A stretch of DNA of 64,000 nucleotides from Paraspadella gotoi (taxonomy: Eukaryota > Animalia > Chaetognatha), in NCBI GenBank assembly GCA_051294375.1, contig CM119264.1, positions 16,155,245 to 16,219,244 of the forward strand. Direction: 5' to 3'. The first letter of the stretch is position 1. Each line of letters begins with the position of its first letter. Positions 51,201 to 61,979 of the stretch are shown here, piece by piece. A program made the position numbers and the translations under genes. Below the pieces are notes generated by a model that had not been told where the DNA came from, did no database searches, and was given only the letters and a program-made list of their open reading frames with translations.

Positions 51201-53116
51201 GCAAAACTTTGAAGATTTTTTTAATCTGAAAGTTTTTTGGTAGTAAAAACTAGTTAGTTATATATTCTAATTTCATATGGAGTTTCTACCAAAATTCGTC
51301 CTTGGCTGTCCGGGGTGTTGAATTTGTCGTTCGTGTGCATTCCCGAGTTCTCCATATCCTCTTCGTCGTCGTCGTCGTCCTCTTTCTCGTCGTCTTCCTC
51401 GTCTTCTTTCCTGAAGAATAAAAAACCATCCCTTATTGAAGGTACGCAAAAAAAAAAAATATTTATTAAAAATCATAAGGATCGTCGCAATGGCAATAGC
51501 AAAAATCTGGACCCACAACAAACTTTGATTCTCAAAAAATCAAATTTGATAAAGGAAAAAACTAAGTTTTATATATAACAAACTTGGCTTAACAAAAATG
51601 AGGGATTTGGCCACAATCATTATCGGTAATTAATTAATTAGTTAATTAATTGATTTGATCCAACATGTTTGTTTTCAGGTCTTTTCGTCATTGACCATGA
51701 CAAAAGCAACGACGATGATGGGAACGACTACAATAATGCCGATAACGATTAATGATTGATTGATCGACTTGATTGATTGAATAATTAATAAATTGATAAA
51801 TAAATTGATTGATTGAATAATTAATTGATAAACTGATTAATTAATTTATTAATTAATACATCTTGCATTTACATTTAATAAAAAAAATAAAAAAGCAAAA
51901 TCAATTAGTAGAACAGGTTTTTTGTTTTTTCCATTTAAAGTTTTTATATTTCTGGATAGAAAATGACTGGAATAATGTAAACCTTAAGTTACATCTAAAT
52001 TGGCCCATGGGTTTAGAAGAAAAAGAAATCGACCAAAACAACCAAAATTCCTCTCCCTTTTTTCAACATTTTCGCCTTTTAAGATTTTCGCCGATTCTGA
52101 CTTCCTCTTACAAACTTTAATTCCGCTAGTTAATTTTTTATCGAGCCTTGACCGGCGAAGCCGGGTCAGGCTCTATAATGTTTTAGGGTTGCTTCTTTGT
52201 GACGTAGTCGTCGTCGTCGTCGTCCGTCACGCTGTTTTTATATATAAAAACTACTACGCTTTTATAGGTTTGGCTGTGACTTACCTTTTTTTTTTAAATA
52301 AAAATTATTATGAATTATGATAAAGTTTTACAAAAGTGTGCGATCATAGTAAGTTAAAAATTTAGATATGGCTTTTCATCTTGAAATAGCTGTGATATTT
52401 TTTGTTTGAATTTCCACTTCATTATGATTTACTGCAATATGCAAATGAGATTAAAGTACTCATTATAATATCCAAATTAGTATATAGAAATGCTTTAATA
52501 CTAATTTACATATTGCAGTATATAATATTGAAGATGAAATTCAAAAAATTTGGTATAAATTTTTAATAAAAATGGGAACTCAAAGGATTTTTTAATGAGA
52601 AGCTATATCTTAATTTTAATACAAATATAAATAAATCTTTACAAGCTGCGATTGGAAAAAATTGAAAAATTTCCAATTGTAAACCATGTGTAACATTTTT
52701 TGCCTTTCTTTTATTTCTTTAAATTATATATATATATTTGTCTCTCTTTCTCTCTCTCTTGATCGATCTCATACCTGATCGTTCGTTTTTTGAAAAATTC
52801 TGATTATTTTTTTCCTTCTAAAAACTTTTATTATTTGCCATTTATTCCGGCTTTTTTCACAATACAAAATCCCAAATTTACATCCGAGATTCTCTGGATT
52901 TGTTGGAGAAAATGTTAAGAATATCTTACTTGACCTGCATTTCAACCAACTATGTCGAGGAACATGACCTATAACGCGTTTTGATGGCAACGGAAACGTT
53001 ACGTGTATAAAAAAAATCAACTTGACCGAGATCACGTCGCCCGTTGCTAGGCAACGGATAACCGATATAAACGAGAGTAACCTAATATTGCGTATCGTTG
53101 GCGGGAAAACTTTCTT

Positions 53117-53150
<34 letters not shown>

Positions 53151-56100
53151 CTGTCTCTCTCTCCTCTCTCTCTCACTCTCTCTCTCTCTTTTTTTTTTTT
53201 ATTTTTAGTCACTTTTTTTTCACCACCGAGTCCGGCTCTCTCTCTCTCTCTCTCTCTCTTCTTTCAGCTTCAGCTTCTTTCTCTCTCTCTCTCACTCTCT
53301 CTCTCTCTCTCTTTCTGTCTCTCTCTCTCTGTACGATCTCTTGCGTGATCGTTCGTTTTTTGAAAAATTCTGGTTATTTTTTTCCTTTTAAAAACTTTTA
53401 TTATCGCCATTTTTTTAATACAAAACCCCAAATTTACATCCGAGACTTTCGTGTTTACATTTTAGAATAACGTATAATGACATGCAATGTCACATGTGCA
53501 TCAGCTAATGTGACAGGTAGGCGATACCTGTATGTATGTATTTATCATTTTTTAAAAAAATAATTTTTTTTTTGTTTTTATTTATTACTGTAACTTTGGA
53601 CCGGTCGGCCCACTTTTAGCAAATTATATCTAAAATAGGAGTCGAGAAGAGAGATATAGTCAAATTAAACATTACTTTTTTTTATTCTGATAATTTGTAC
53701 TATTATTAAATGTATAAATATTTTTAGTGTATATATTAATCATTTTTATCTTTTTTTAAACTAATAATTATTTTAGTTTTGTTAACTATTTATAAATTAA
53801 TTAAATATGCAAATATAAAATTGACCTCGGTCTGGTTTCTTCCTAAAAAAAGAACAATCAAAATTTTTATTCAAGATTAAAATTTATTAAAATGAAGAAA
53901 TAAATTTTTTTTGATAAGTAAAAAAAATATTTGGAAATCTGTAATTCTGAATGGAATTATGATTCTTATCGAAACCCCCCCACATTAGCCTTTTGTCTCT
54001 CCAAAAGGCGAGACACGCGCTGTGACCAGACACGTAAAACAGAAACAAAAGTCAAAAAAAAACCAGACTCCCGGCCTCGGCGACAGCAGAGCTGCTGCAG
54101 GCCCAGTCCCGACGCTGCATCACTCTGTCGAAGTGCTGCTGAGCCGAGGAACGCGTCACTTGTCCCGAGAAACGCCAAACGAAGCGCCCCATGAGACGTC
54201 CCTGCAATGGAACCGAAGAAAGTCTGGGCCCGTCTCCGGCCCTGAGGATGACGCCGAGCTCGACGCCATGGCACGCGTAGAACCTGTCGGAGCGTCGGCA
54301 TCCGCCTCCAAAAAGAGCGCCCTGAGAATCACCGCAAAAAGTTGAGGCGAAAGCAGAGTAAAGAGCGGCGAAGGGGCGCAGAAAAGAAAAAACGTGAGAC
54401 GGCGCTAAACATTCGCGGACTCGAATCCACTCCCTCAGAGCCGCAATGGGGCAACGCAAAAACGCCGGCAGGGCGTCCACCCTGAAGGACGGGCCCATGT
54501 GCCCGACGCGATCTGTCTTGGAGAGCTTGGACGGAACGAAGCGCCCATGATCTGTCGCGAGCGAGAATGGGCTTGATCACACTTGAGCGAGACTAATTCC
54601 GACGGCCTCCTGGCCGAAGCGAGCGCCAAAAGAAAAAGAGCGCCGAAGAACGTGAGCGGGAGACGGCGGGAGGGCGACGCTGTCCAAAACGCGTAGAACC
54701 AACGCCGCTTCTCACGGAGGAAGAATCCGACGAGAAGGAGGACGCTGCTCGAAGGTCCCCTTGATTGGGGAGCACCCTCTCGTTCGACGCCTTCTCGAGT
54801 ACGATCCCTGCGACGGCAAAGAGGCCAAAATCGCTGAGCGGTGAAGGATCGAAGTGCTGTACGACAAGCCCAACCCAACGAGATGGGCCAGGTACTCCAG
54901 AACATCCTTCAGAGACGCAACAAGTCCTCGAACTTCCTTACATTGAAGGAAAGAGCAGAACACGAGGGTCACGGGTGTTCCGCCCCCCGAGTTACGAAAC
55001 CCTGTGCCTCGGGCAACGGTGGCCGAATATCTGCTCTGAGCGGTGAAAAGGTTTCATTTTTCGTGCTGTTACGACAAGCCTAACCCCAACGAGATGGCTA
55101 GGTCACTCCCGAAACATCCCTTCAGTAGACGCATCAAAGATTCCTCGCAAACTTTTCCTCTACATTTGAAGGAAGAGCAAGAAGGATGGTCCAGGGCTCG
55201 AGCGTAACAGATTCGCGTTCGAGCCTCTCACGCTGTCGGCGATGATGTCGGAACGGCCGAGTCGCTGAGGTACGTCGAGGTTCGTTCGCCCGCCGAAAAT
55301 TGGCCCAAACGACCAGCTTCGAGACGGTCGTATGCGGCGGCGGAGATCCTGTTGCTGAGGTCGATGACGTGCGTCTCCGGGNNNNNNNNNNNNNNNNNNN
55401 NNNNNNCTCTGGAACCGGAAGGCGTCGAACCTCCCGAATCCTCAAGATCCTCAAAAACGGGAACCAGTAGGAAGGGCCCCGACGTCTCCACCAATTTCCG
55501 GATGACGCTCGGGAGAATAACGGCGGAGGAAAGAAAAGGGCCCGAACGAAGCTCCAATCTGGGCGAGGGCGTCCACACCCTCCGTAGCGACTCCGCCTTC
55601 CAAGCGAAGAAAAAGGCGCCCCCGCGTCGAATCCTTCGTCGCAAAAAGATCGATGGAGGGAGTGCCGAAGGTCTCGCAGATCTGACGGAAGATCCGTGGA
55701 AGGAGAAGCCAAACCGCAACTAGGCGTCCCCTCGACGCCGCATCCGTCACCAAGCTCTCCTCTAACGACAGGTGACTCCCGGTGATGCGGATCCCCAGAG
55801 CGTGGGCGATCAGGAGAGAAACCTCATGAAGCTCCGACGAACGACTGCACGAGCGTTGAAGACGGAGAAAGAAACCAAACTGTCGACCTTCCAAAGATGA
55901 TTCGGAAAACCGAGAGAGCTGCCGACTCGAGAGAGGAGGATCTTCAACGCCCTGAACTCCTCCACATCGATATAGCGACGGACGGACAGGTGCCCTGGTG
56001 AAGCTCTCCCTGAAAAAAGAAACGCCCCAACCTTCTGCGAGGCATCCGTCGCCGCTACGTGAGCGCAAAACTGGGAGCAGATCGTCCACCGGTGCAACAT

Positions 56101-59100
56101 GGACCTCCAGACGAAACGGCTGGCACCACTAGCTCCTCCCGCGCCGAAGCATCCAACGGCGTCGGGCGATCGAGAACCTTCTCAGAGCGATAGACGCGGT
56201 AGACGCTCCGTTGAATCNNNNNNNNNNTAAGCAGCAGCAGCCCTTGCTCCCTCCAAAACTCGGTTGCCATGGAAATTGCTCAAACATCAACCCTCGCCAC
56301 GTGTTTTTTTTTAAGATTATGAAATTTATTTTCGTAAGTATTAATTAGGAATGTAAATTTATTTAATATTACTTTTTAATGAAGGTTTCTTAATATAAAA
56401 TATTACGTCGTTTTTTGTGAGTCCAGAATCGGACCATGTTTAAAAAAATAATAATAATAATTTTTCTGCTCGTGAAGACGTCGGCTCATTCGGATCAGCG
56501 ACAAGGAAAAATATTCCACCTCAGAGCTCATTGGCCGAGCCGAGGAAATAGGACAAATCATAACACGCGGACAAACTCAAAGCTTTCGTTTTCATAGAAA
56601 TTTGATACGTTTTTAGTATTTACGTTTGAAATATTTAATGTACAATATTTATCAATGTATTGCTAGAAACTGCTCAATGTGTATATTGTAATGGTTTACT
56701 GCATTTAGTCAATTGTTAAATGTAAGTTTGTACATTTAAACAAACAACGGGATCAGAGGTTAGGGTGAAAGTAACAAATGCTTTCAACCAGGTCCGATCG
56801 CGATATATATCAATTCTGTAACTTTTCAATTGTCGCTTGTGATTATTACCAGATAATTAACTTTGTTTACAATAAAAAGTGCCCCCTTTATGGTGAGCCC
56901 GACTTGACGATTGTCAGGAGCTCACGACGCCCACGTTCTCTTCCACCGCGCTGGGGCACGGCGTGGTTCATCACATCCCGATTCAAGGCCACCCGGTTTC
57001 CGCGAGGGCACGACTGCCGATTTGGCGGGCATGACGGAACAGGTTAAAAACTAGAAGTTCTCTCAAATAAATAATGGTTAAGGGACTGTTAGAGAATATG
57101 AAAATAAAATAAATTTTTAAAATTTATCTTATTGATAAGACGCAGAGACAGATCACGCTTAATTTCATGTGCACGAAAAAAAAATTATCGGTCATTGAAT
57201 TTACTTTGTCTGACCATTTTTATTAACAAGCCATCCCTTCCTGACAGTTATGCTGGACAAATACATGCAAAATATGATTTGGCTAGAATGATACAGTAAA
57301 ATACAGTGTAAAAGTTAAAATTTGGACTAGATACTTTATTTCTCTGAATTCTTAAACCATAAGCCATAAACGAGTAAGACGATGGGTACAACTGAAAGTG
57401 ATATGTCTCTAGATGATTAAAAATTTTTATTTAGTTTTATTTTGAAATTTAGGTATTATACAAATAGGATAAATATAGATACTCCCACTTTGCCGAAATT
57501 TTTATTTAACAAAGATTTGTACTGCGTAGTTCAAATCCTTAGTTCTCCGATGATAAAAAAAGTTATTTTTTTGCATAACTTTTAAAATAAAAGAGATAGG
57601 ATGGTGGGCGAGGTATCAAAGTAAAGCCTTAATCATGGGGCACCTTTCTGAACTAGTTTCTATAAATTTTATCCAAAAATGTTAAGACAGGATTTGTTTA
57701 AAACCTAGTTAAAAGTATAACAAGTTTCGGAGTTAAAAATTTTAATGAAGGCATATAAATTTTTTTGTTTTTCTTTCGGATTTGAAAAAAGCTCAGATTG
57801 GAAAAAGAAAGACTGAATTACATTTTGAATTACCAATAAAGCTCTTACCCTTTACGCCTTTTCACTTAGTAAAAAACGAACTTAATTTTAATATATGCAG
57901 AGGTATGTAACATAGTCAATTTTTCCGCTCTAAAAGATAGTTGGTCGTCCCTCTAGCAATAATAGCTTTTAAAGATATATGACAAATATATTTTTTACCA
58001 TTTTTTCTCCTTTTTTTCAAAAGTGCAGCAATTATTGTAAAATTTTTTTGGAAAAAAAAATTGTTCAAAAAATGCATTCATGAAAATGTGGGTAGATTGC
58101 TAAAACCATTTTATACTTTGAGGTAATCACTCATCTAGTCAAAGTATGCTAGCAACATTTTTTAAGCCTACCCATATTATTCCAGATATAAATTAAGCTA
58201 AACGATAATTTGAAAATTGGCACACCCTAATAAGCACCTCTCTCCATGGCTAATGGACCTCAGTAAGTAGAGTGATGTGCAAATGAATAGAATTTTATAT
58301 AATTAAAAATTTAAACATATAAACATGAAAAAAAAACCATAAAATACTTTGTAAATTATTTTTTTAATTTTATACATTAGTGGCCACCAGTGAGCTTTTA
58401 CATTTATAATAGTAATAACAACTTCGTAATCAGTAATTAAATATATAATAGACTAAAATTTAAAATAAAAATTTAATTTAAGATCGATTGGATTCTGTAA
58501 AAAAGTTAATAAATAAAAGTATAATTCTTTTTAAAAATTTTTCATTAAATTGGTCAAAAATAAAAAAAAACTATATTCAAGAAGCCGGATTTTAATTTCG
58601 AGCTTAAAAAATATAGTTTTTGTAATTTTTAACACTAATTTAATAACATAATTTGAAAAAGGTTTATTTTCTTCAATCAAACTTTAAACTAGGAATCTAA
58701 ACGTTCTAAAATTTTAATAAAAAATTTGAAAATTTTAAATACATTATATAAGGTAGTACTAAAGTACATATAACATAAAGCGGCTATTATATTTAAGTAA
58801 AAAAAGAAAAATACTATAGATTCAAGTGATCAACATACGACAGCCCGCCGCTAAAAAAAATCATCATTGCAAATGTGCAAAAATTTTTAATCTAAAATAT
58901 TTTTTCTGTAGTAAAGACTTAATAATTAAATTATATATCTCAATTTCATATTGAGGTATGATTTGACTGGCAATGATGCGAAGAAAATTGCCTAGGTCTT
59001 ACTACAGAAAAATTTTTCAGAATTAAATCTTGGTACGTTTGCAAATGACGAATTTTTTAGCCGGCGCGAATTGTGTGTCACCTTGTAATATTCACTAATA

Positions 59101-60699
59101 TGTAAATTTTCAATATATAACTGCTAAGATTTTTGAGTCCAAAACTTTCACTTCACCCTCTACAGATGGCCTCACCACAAGGTTAAAGCCAAACCGTCAC
59201 GCTTGCCAGGTTAGTAAGCGCGGAGCTCTGGTATTCGAAAAGCAGAGACGCAAGATAGGGATGTTGCGTTGACCCTCGTGGGTCTCCATTGATGGAGCGA
59301 GTTAAATAATAGTGAGTCGGCTTTAATCTCAAGCTTAAGTAAAATCGTTTTTACTTGGCAACGTAGCTTCTCTAGTTCGTCAATCTCAGTTTCTCCTCGT
59401 GACGCTCCCGGCTTTGGCGTCTCCTGTCCCCTTTCCAGCATCTACGTGCAGATTTTTTCGTCTCTTCCTCAACTGCCGTTCGTTCGCTGAAAAAGTCCCT
59501 CTTTCCAAAGTCTTTCATACCTCACTGTTTTTTCTTTTTTCCTGTGAACGAAAAAAAAATAATTGAGAAATGAACGGTAATTAAATTCTCATTTCTAAAC
59601 TAAGTTAACTTTTATAAATATGATGTAGGACACGGTCCTAATTGAATACGATAGAATAAAAAGGAATCTTTTAGTCGATAATTCGTATCAGTCAGATTCC
59701 GACGTATAATCGCGTTTGTCGGCCCACCCCTAAATCTTGTCGGTTACATTCATTTTTATCACATAAGAACATCATATTAAGCAAAAAAACGATGTCCGTC
59801 GGTCCATCCATCCGTCCACTAAGCAAAAACTCCAATTACCTCGTGGTATTGGATAATGGATTGGAAGAAATATTTGTGTGGTTGGAAAGTGTGGAAGTTG
59901 CTAAATTGAGTTTGGAATGGAAGAAAAAAAAAGTGAACATTAACTTAATCTTTTACTATATTTGAACCCATAATTATCAAAATTAAATCATAATTGCACT
60001 TATATAATCTTTTTATAATTAATCCAACATTAATCGAATTAATTATAATTGGATAGGATAGATTGAGATGTAAATTTGTGTGGGGGGAGGAAAGTGTGTG
60101 ATTGAGCACGATATAATTTCTATGGAACGAGGAGTGGAAATGAAGTTGCAATGGAAAACCAAAGTCAGTTTGATTTGCGAATTTATTATTACGCTACTCG
60201 TGAATGTTTATTAAGTGAAAAAATGATGTCGAGTTGAAAAAATGATGCCGAGTTGAAAAAATAAAATAATATTAAAAAATTATTGTATTGGATTATTTCT
60301 AATATATTATTTTTAATTCTTTTTATTTTTTAAAATTTTTTTTCTTTTTATTAGCTTAATGACTCGCTTAATATCGTGGCGTAAACCGACATTGTTGCTC
60401 AAACATTGTTATTAATAACTTGGCAAACCCATCGTAATTAGCTATTACATTAACCTCCCCGGTAACCGGCTCGAAGTTTGTTACCCCTTTACTGTTGGAT
60501 CATGATCCTTCTTTCGCTGATTTTTAGATTTTATTCTCGCAACAGCTCTTACTCGTGATCCGCTTGAATCTTTCGTGAGCGATCCAGCGTCCGAGTGTCT
60601 CTGTCTCTCCATTCTTTTTCTCTTTGTTTTCTTCCAGTTCTCACAGAATCTTCGATGAACGATTGTGTGCTGGTTTTCCTCCAACTCCTCCCTGATCAC
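24175..60699 (-). CDS. RAD54L2: Helicase ARIP4 / RAD54-like 2 (SNF2-family ATPase), 5' end unresolved
   Basis: Exons (minus strand): 60699-60485 (noisy), possibly ~59541-59350, 51410-51290, 51041-50913, 50841-49879, 49790-49659, 46387-46221, 43123-42964, 42602-42435, 37695-37455, 37393-37221, 32955-32789, 32716-32550, 32477-32323, 28604-28480, 28408-28268, 28186-28012, 27940-27682, 27571-27452, 27380-26788, 26716-24845, 24768-24175. Phases are consistent from 51410 onward (~2,200 codons). ARIP4-diagnostic motifs: [120 protein letters not shown]. Confidence 0.93.
29003..30115 (-). mobile_element. GC-rich ~480-bp structured repeat unit (one full unit), interrupted by a MITE
   Basis: Reverse complement of 41515-42244. 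It begins and ends with TTATGGCAA and has an internal ~28-bp subrepeat x3 at 29972-30070. Confidence 0.75.
29356..29966. mobile_element. hAT-like foldback MITE with 8-bp TSD
   Basis: TAAGGCGTAGT...ACTACGCCTTA termini, flanked by TTGTGGGG at 29348-29355 and 29967-29974. The interior is quasi-palindromic, with related AT-rich cores at ~3170-3790 and ~58340-59165. Confidence 0.8.
33975..34583. mobile_element. Old TIR MITE
   Basis: GGGGTAATTCGGAACAC (~33981) and GTGTTCCGTTTTACCCC (~34559) form imperfect TIRs around an AT-rich interior. Confidence 0.45.
34626..34797 (-). mobile_element. tRNA-derived SINE copy
   Basis: Near-duplicate of 35040-35204. Confidence 0.65.
35040..35204 (-). mobile_element. 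tRNA(Gly)-derived SINE
   Basis: The minus-strand head GCATTGGTGCCGGAGGCAAGTCATTCGCCTCCCAACCCAAAGGTCTGGGGTTCTAGCCC resembles tRNA-Gly (GCATTGGTG...TCGCCTCCCA...GGGTTC) with A/B-box-like motifs, followed by an unrelated body. Confidence 0.7.
37905..38880 (+). mobile_element. HINE-like family-2 copy with ~22-bp central tandem repeat
   Basis: Same ends as 8664-11835, with a degenerate GATGCGATGATAATCATTTATT array at 37990-38460. Confidence 0.55.
39383..39430 (-). ncRNA. Degenerate minimal type-I hammerhead ribozyme (GAAA mutated to AAAA)
   Basis: Minus strand: AATG CTGATGA A GGCTTG AAGTAAA CAAGCC AAAAC AT GTC. Stem II is perfect; the core has one substitution and stem I is poor. Confidence 0.5.
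39830..41480 (+). mobile_element. HINE-like family-2 copy with nested SINE (~39985-40170 -) and family-1 fragment (~40680-40900)
   Basis: Family-2 5' and 3' ends, plus a 22-bp array (GATGCGATGATAACCAAATGA..) at 40215-40490. Confidence 0.55.
41515..42244 (+). mobile_element. GC-rich structured repeat, ~1.5 tandem units (period ~475 bp)
   Basis: 41515-41769 is repeated at 41990-42244, and both end in GGCAACCCG(G/A)CTGTTGCCATAA. Confidence 0.8.
44200..44850 (+). mobile_element. Penelope-like element 3' remnant (GIY-YIG endonuclease C-terminus)
   Basis: Frameshifted translation FQQH...[14 protein letters not shown]...LVL...[10 protein letters not shown]...[21 protein letters not shown] matches the PLE endonuclease C-terminal pattern (SAVAEH...R.IKEAIYI...PSLNRD). 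The 3' boundary is approximate. Confidence 0.7.
45141..45305 (+). repeat. Interspersed repeat with (GA)n; second copy ~61741-61870
   Basis: Shared CACCAAACATAGTGGCCAGC..GGGGTCA..CCCC..GCGACGAAA..CGTCGTCGCCA. Confidence 0.65.
45462..46077. mobile_element. Foldback/palindromic MITE
   Basis: 45462-45600 is the reverse complement of ~45940-46077 (ATTGATCAGTTAAGATATGCCTTGGCAAT / ATTGCCAAGGCATATCTTAACTGATCAAT), and the inverted symmetry continues inward. Confidence 0.7.
46430..49003 (-). mobile_element. Two adjacent Helentron/DINE-1-like family-1 copies
   Basis: Reverse-complement 5' ends at 46905-46931 and 48946-49003, and a GTCC microsatellite at 46463-46480. Confidence 0.65.
47480..48800. repeat. 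18-bp satellite (GAAGAAATTATACAAGTT)n, ~1.3 kb
   Basis: Directly visible array with scattered indels. Confidence 0.95.
49217..49260 (+). ncRNA. Minimal type-I hammerhead ribozyme-like motif (Penelope type)
   Basis: GCG CTGATGA A GACTC GTATGA GAGTC GAAAC AG GTC TGT: intact core, 5-bp stem II, minimal stem III and a weak G.U-rich stem I. Confidence 0.6.
52760..53450. repeat. Direct-repeat element with (CT)n microsatellites
   Basis: GATCGTTCGTTTTTTGAAAAATTCTG...CCCAAATTTACATCCGAGA at ~52777 and ~53347, flanking CT tracts at 53115-53330. Confidence 0.6.
53953..56280 (-). mobile_element. Degenerate DIRS1-like retrotransposon 3' part (RNase H, DAM-like methyltransferase, tyrosine recombinase)
   Basis: RH/MT peptides: [68 protein letters not shown] peptides: [14 protein letters not shown]...[42 protein letters not shown]. 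Many frameshifts and two N gaps. Confidence 0.85.
59690..60410 (-). mobile_element. Noisy Helentron/DINE-1-like family-1 copy
   Basis: Degenerate CCGACATTGTTGCTCAAAC at ~60386 and GATGTCCGTC..TTAAGCAAAAACTCCAATTAC at ~59790. Confidence 0.5.
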
Positions 60700-61979
60700 C
60701 TGTCCACGAATATAACAAGGCGGGAGTTTATGAGCTGTGTAGTAATCGAGACACTATCTCGCTCCAAAAATAAACAAAGGGTATTTTGCTGGGGACTGAG
60801 TTGATCTAGTCATCAGAAGCCCATCACAATGAATCATTCACCGAACATGTGAAAGCCTGCGGTGGGTCGTCGTCGTCGGTTGACCTTTTTTTAATCGTCC
60901 GCAATCGGCTTTTAAGAGTTCCGAAACGTTTAACGAGTTCACAAAATAATTTTAACTTAACCGTTAATTAATTTATTAAACGTAAATTCGGTTAATTTCA
61001 TGTATGAGTTTTTTGTATTTTTTTGTTAGGAAATACTTTATTTTTTAAGAGAAAGTTTTTCCTGTCCTCTCTTATTCTTCCTCTCCCTTTCTCACTATAT
61101 TTCCCCCGTCTCTTCTACATTTTTCATTTTTCCCCTTGATTTTCAACCCTTTTAAATCTTTTTTCTATCCTAATCTCGTATCTTTTTTTTTCGGCCCTTC
61201 CAGTATTTTTAACTTACTTCTTCCTAATCTGTTTTCTTTTCCTTTCAGCTAATTTTATACATTTACATCAAAAGAATATTTTGAAATATAATATCATCAT
61301 GCATATAATTAATTCTTACATCAATAATTCTATTTTGCTAATAAAAAAAAAAATATCTTCTAATTTTACTTTTCTCACTTTATTTCCCTTTTTAAATTAA
61401 CATAGAAGTAAATAAAATAAAACAATAAAATTTAAAAAAACTAAAATTTATTAGAAACATTAAAAAATGAACAATAAAAGGAATAAATCTTTGAAAGCAT
61501 TAAGGCCTAAAACTTAAAACTATCTTTCAATGATGATATACTTTACTTTAATAAATTGAAAAAAAATTATTAATTAAAACTCTTTTTGAATGCAATCCAT
61601 ATCATGATCAAGCCATTCAATAATAAGTTGATATTCATACATTAAGAGAAAACAAAGTTTAGTAGGCGGTATCATAAATTTATTAGCAATGGTTAAATAA
61701 CAGAAGGAAACGGAGAGCATTAAATGTACAAGATATTAGATGAGACTAACTAGAGAAAACGGCACCGGCCTAAGAAGAGTAGTGTCAGTTAGCCGTGCTT
61801 CCTTGCGGACCACCAAACATAGTGGCCAGCGGGGTCATATCCCCGTAGCGACGAAAAGCCGTCGTCGCCATCATCGCCGCCCCCGCCGAAAAGTCCCAAG
61901 GACTTTCTCTTGGTGGATCGCGTGACTGTTCTGCGGGCGTAAGGCTGGAAAGGTGAGCGACTTGAAAAGTCTGTCGCGT

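Noticed and set aside
54850-55200. Tandem duplication inside the DIRS YR region and its dense frameshifts
   Set aside because: The second copy differs mainly by scattered indels next to N gaps, which is typical of unpolished long-read or gap-fill error. It is likely an assembly artefact.
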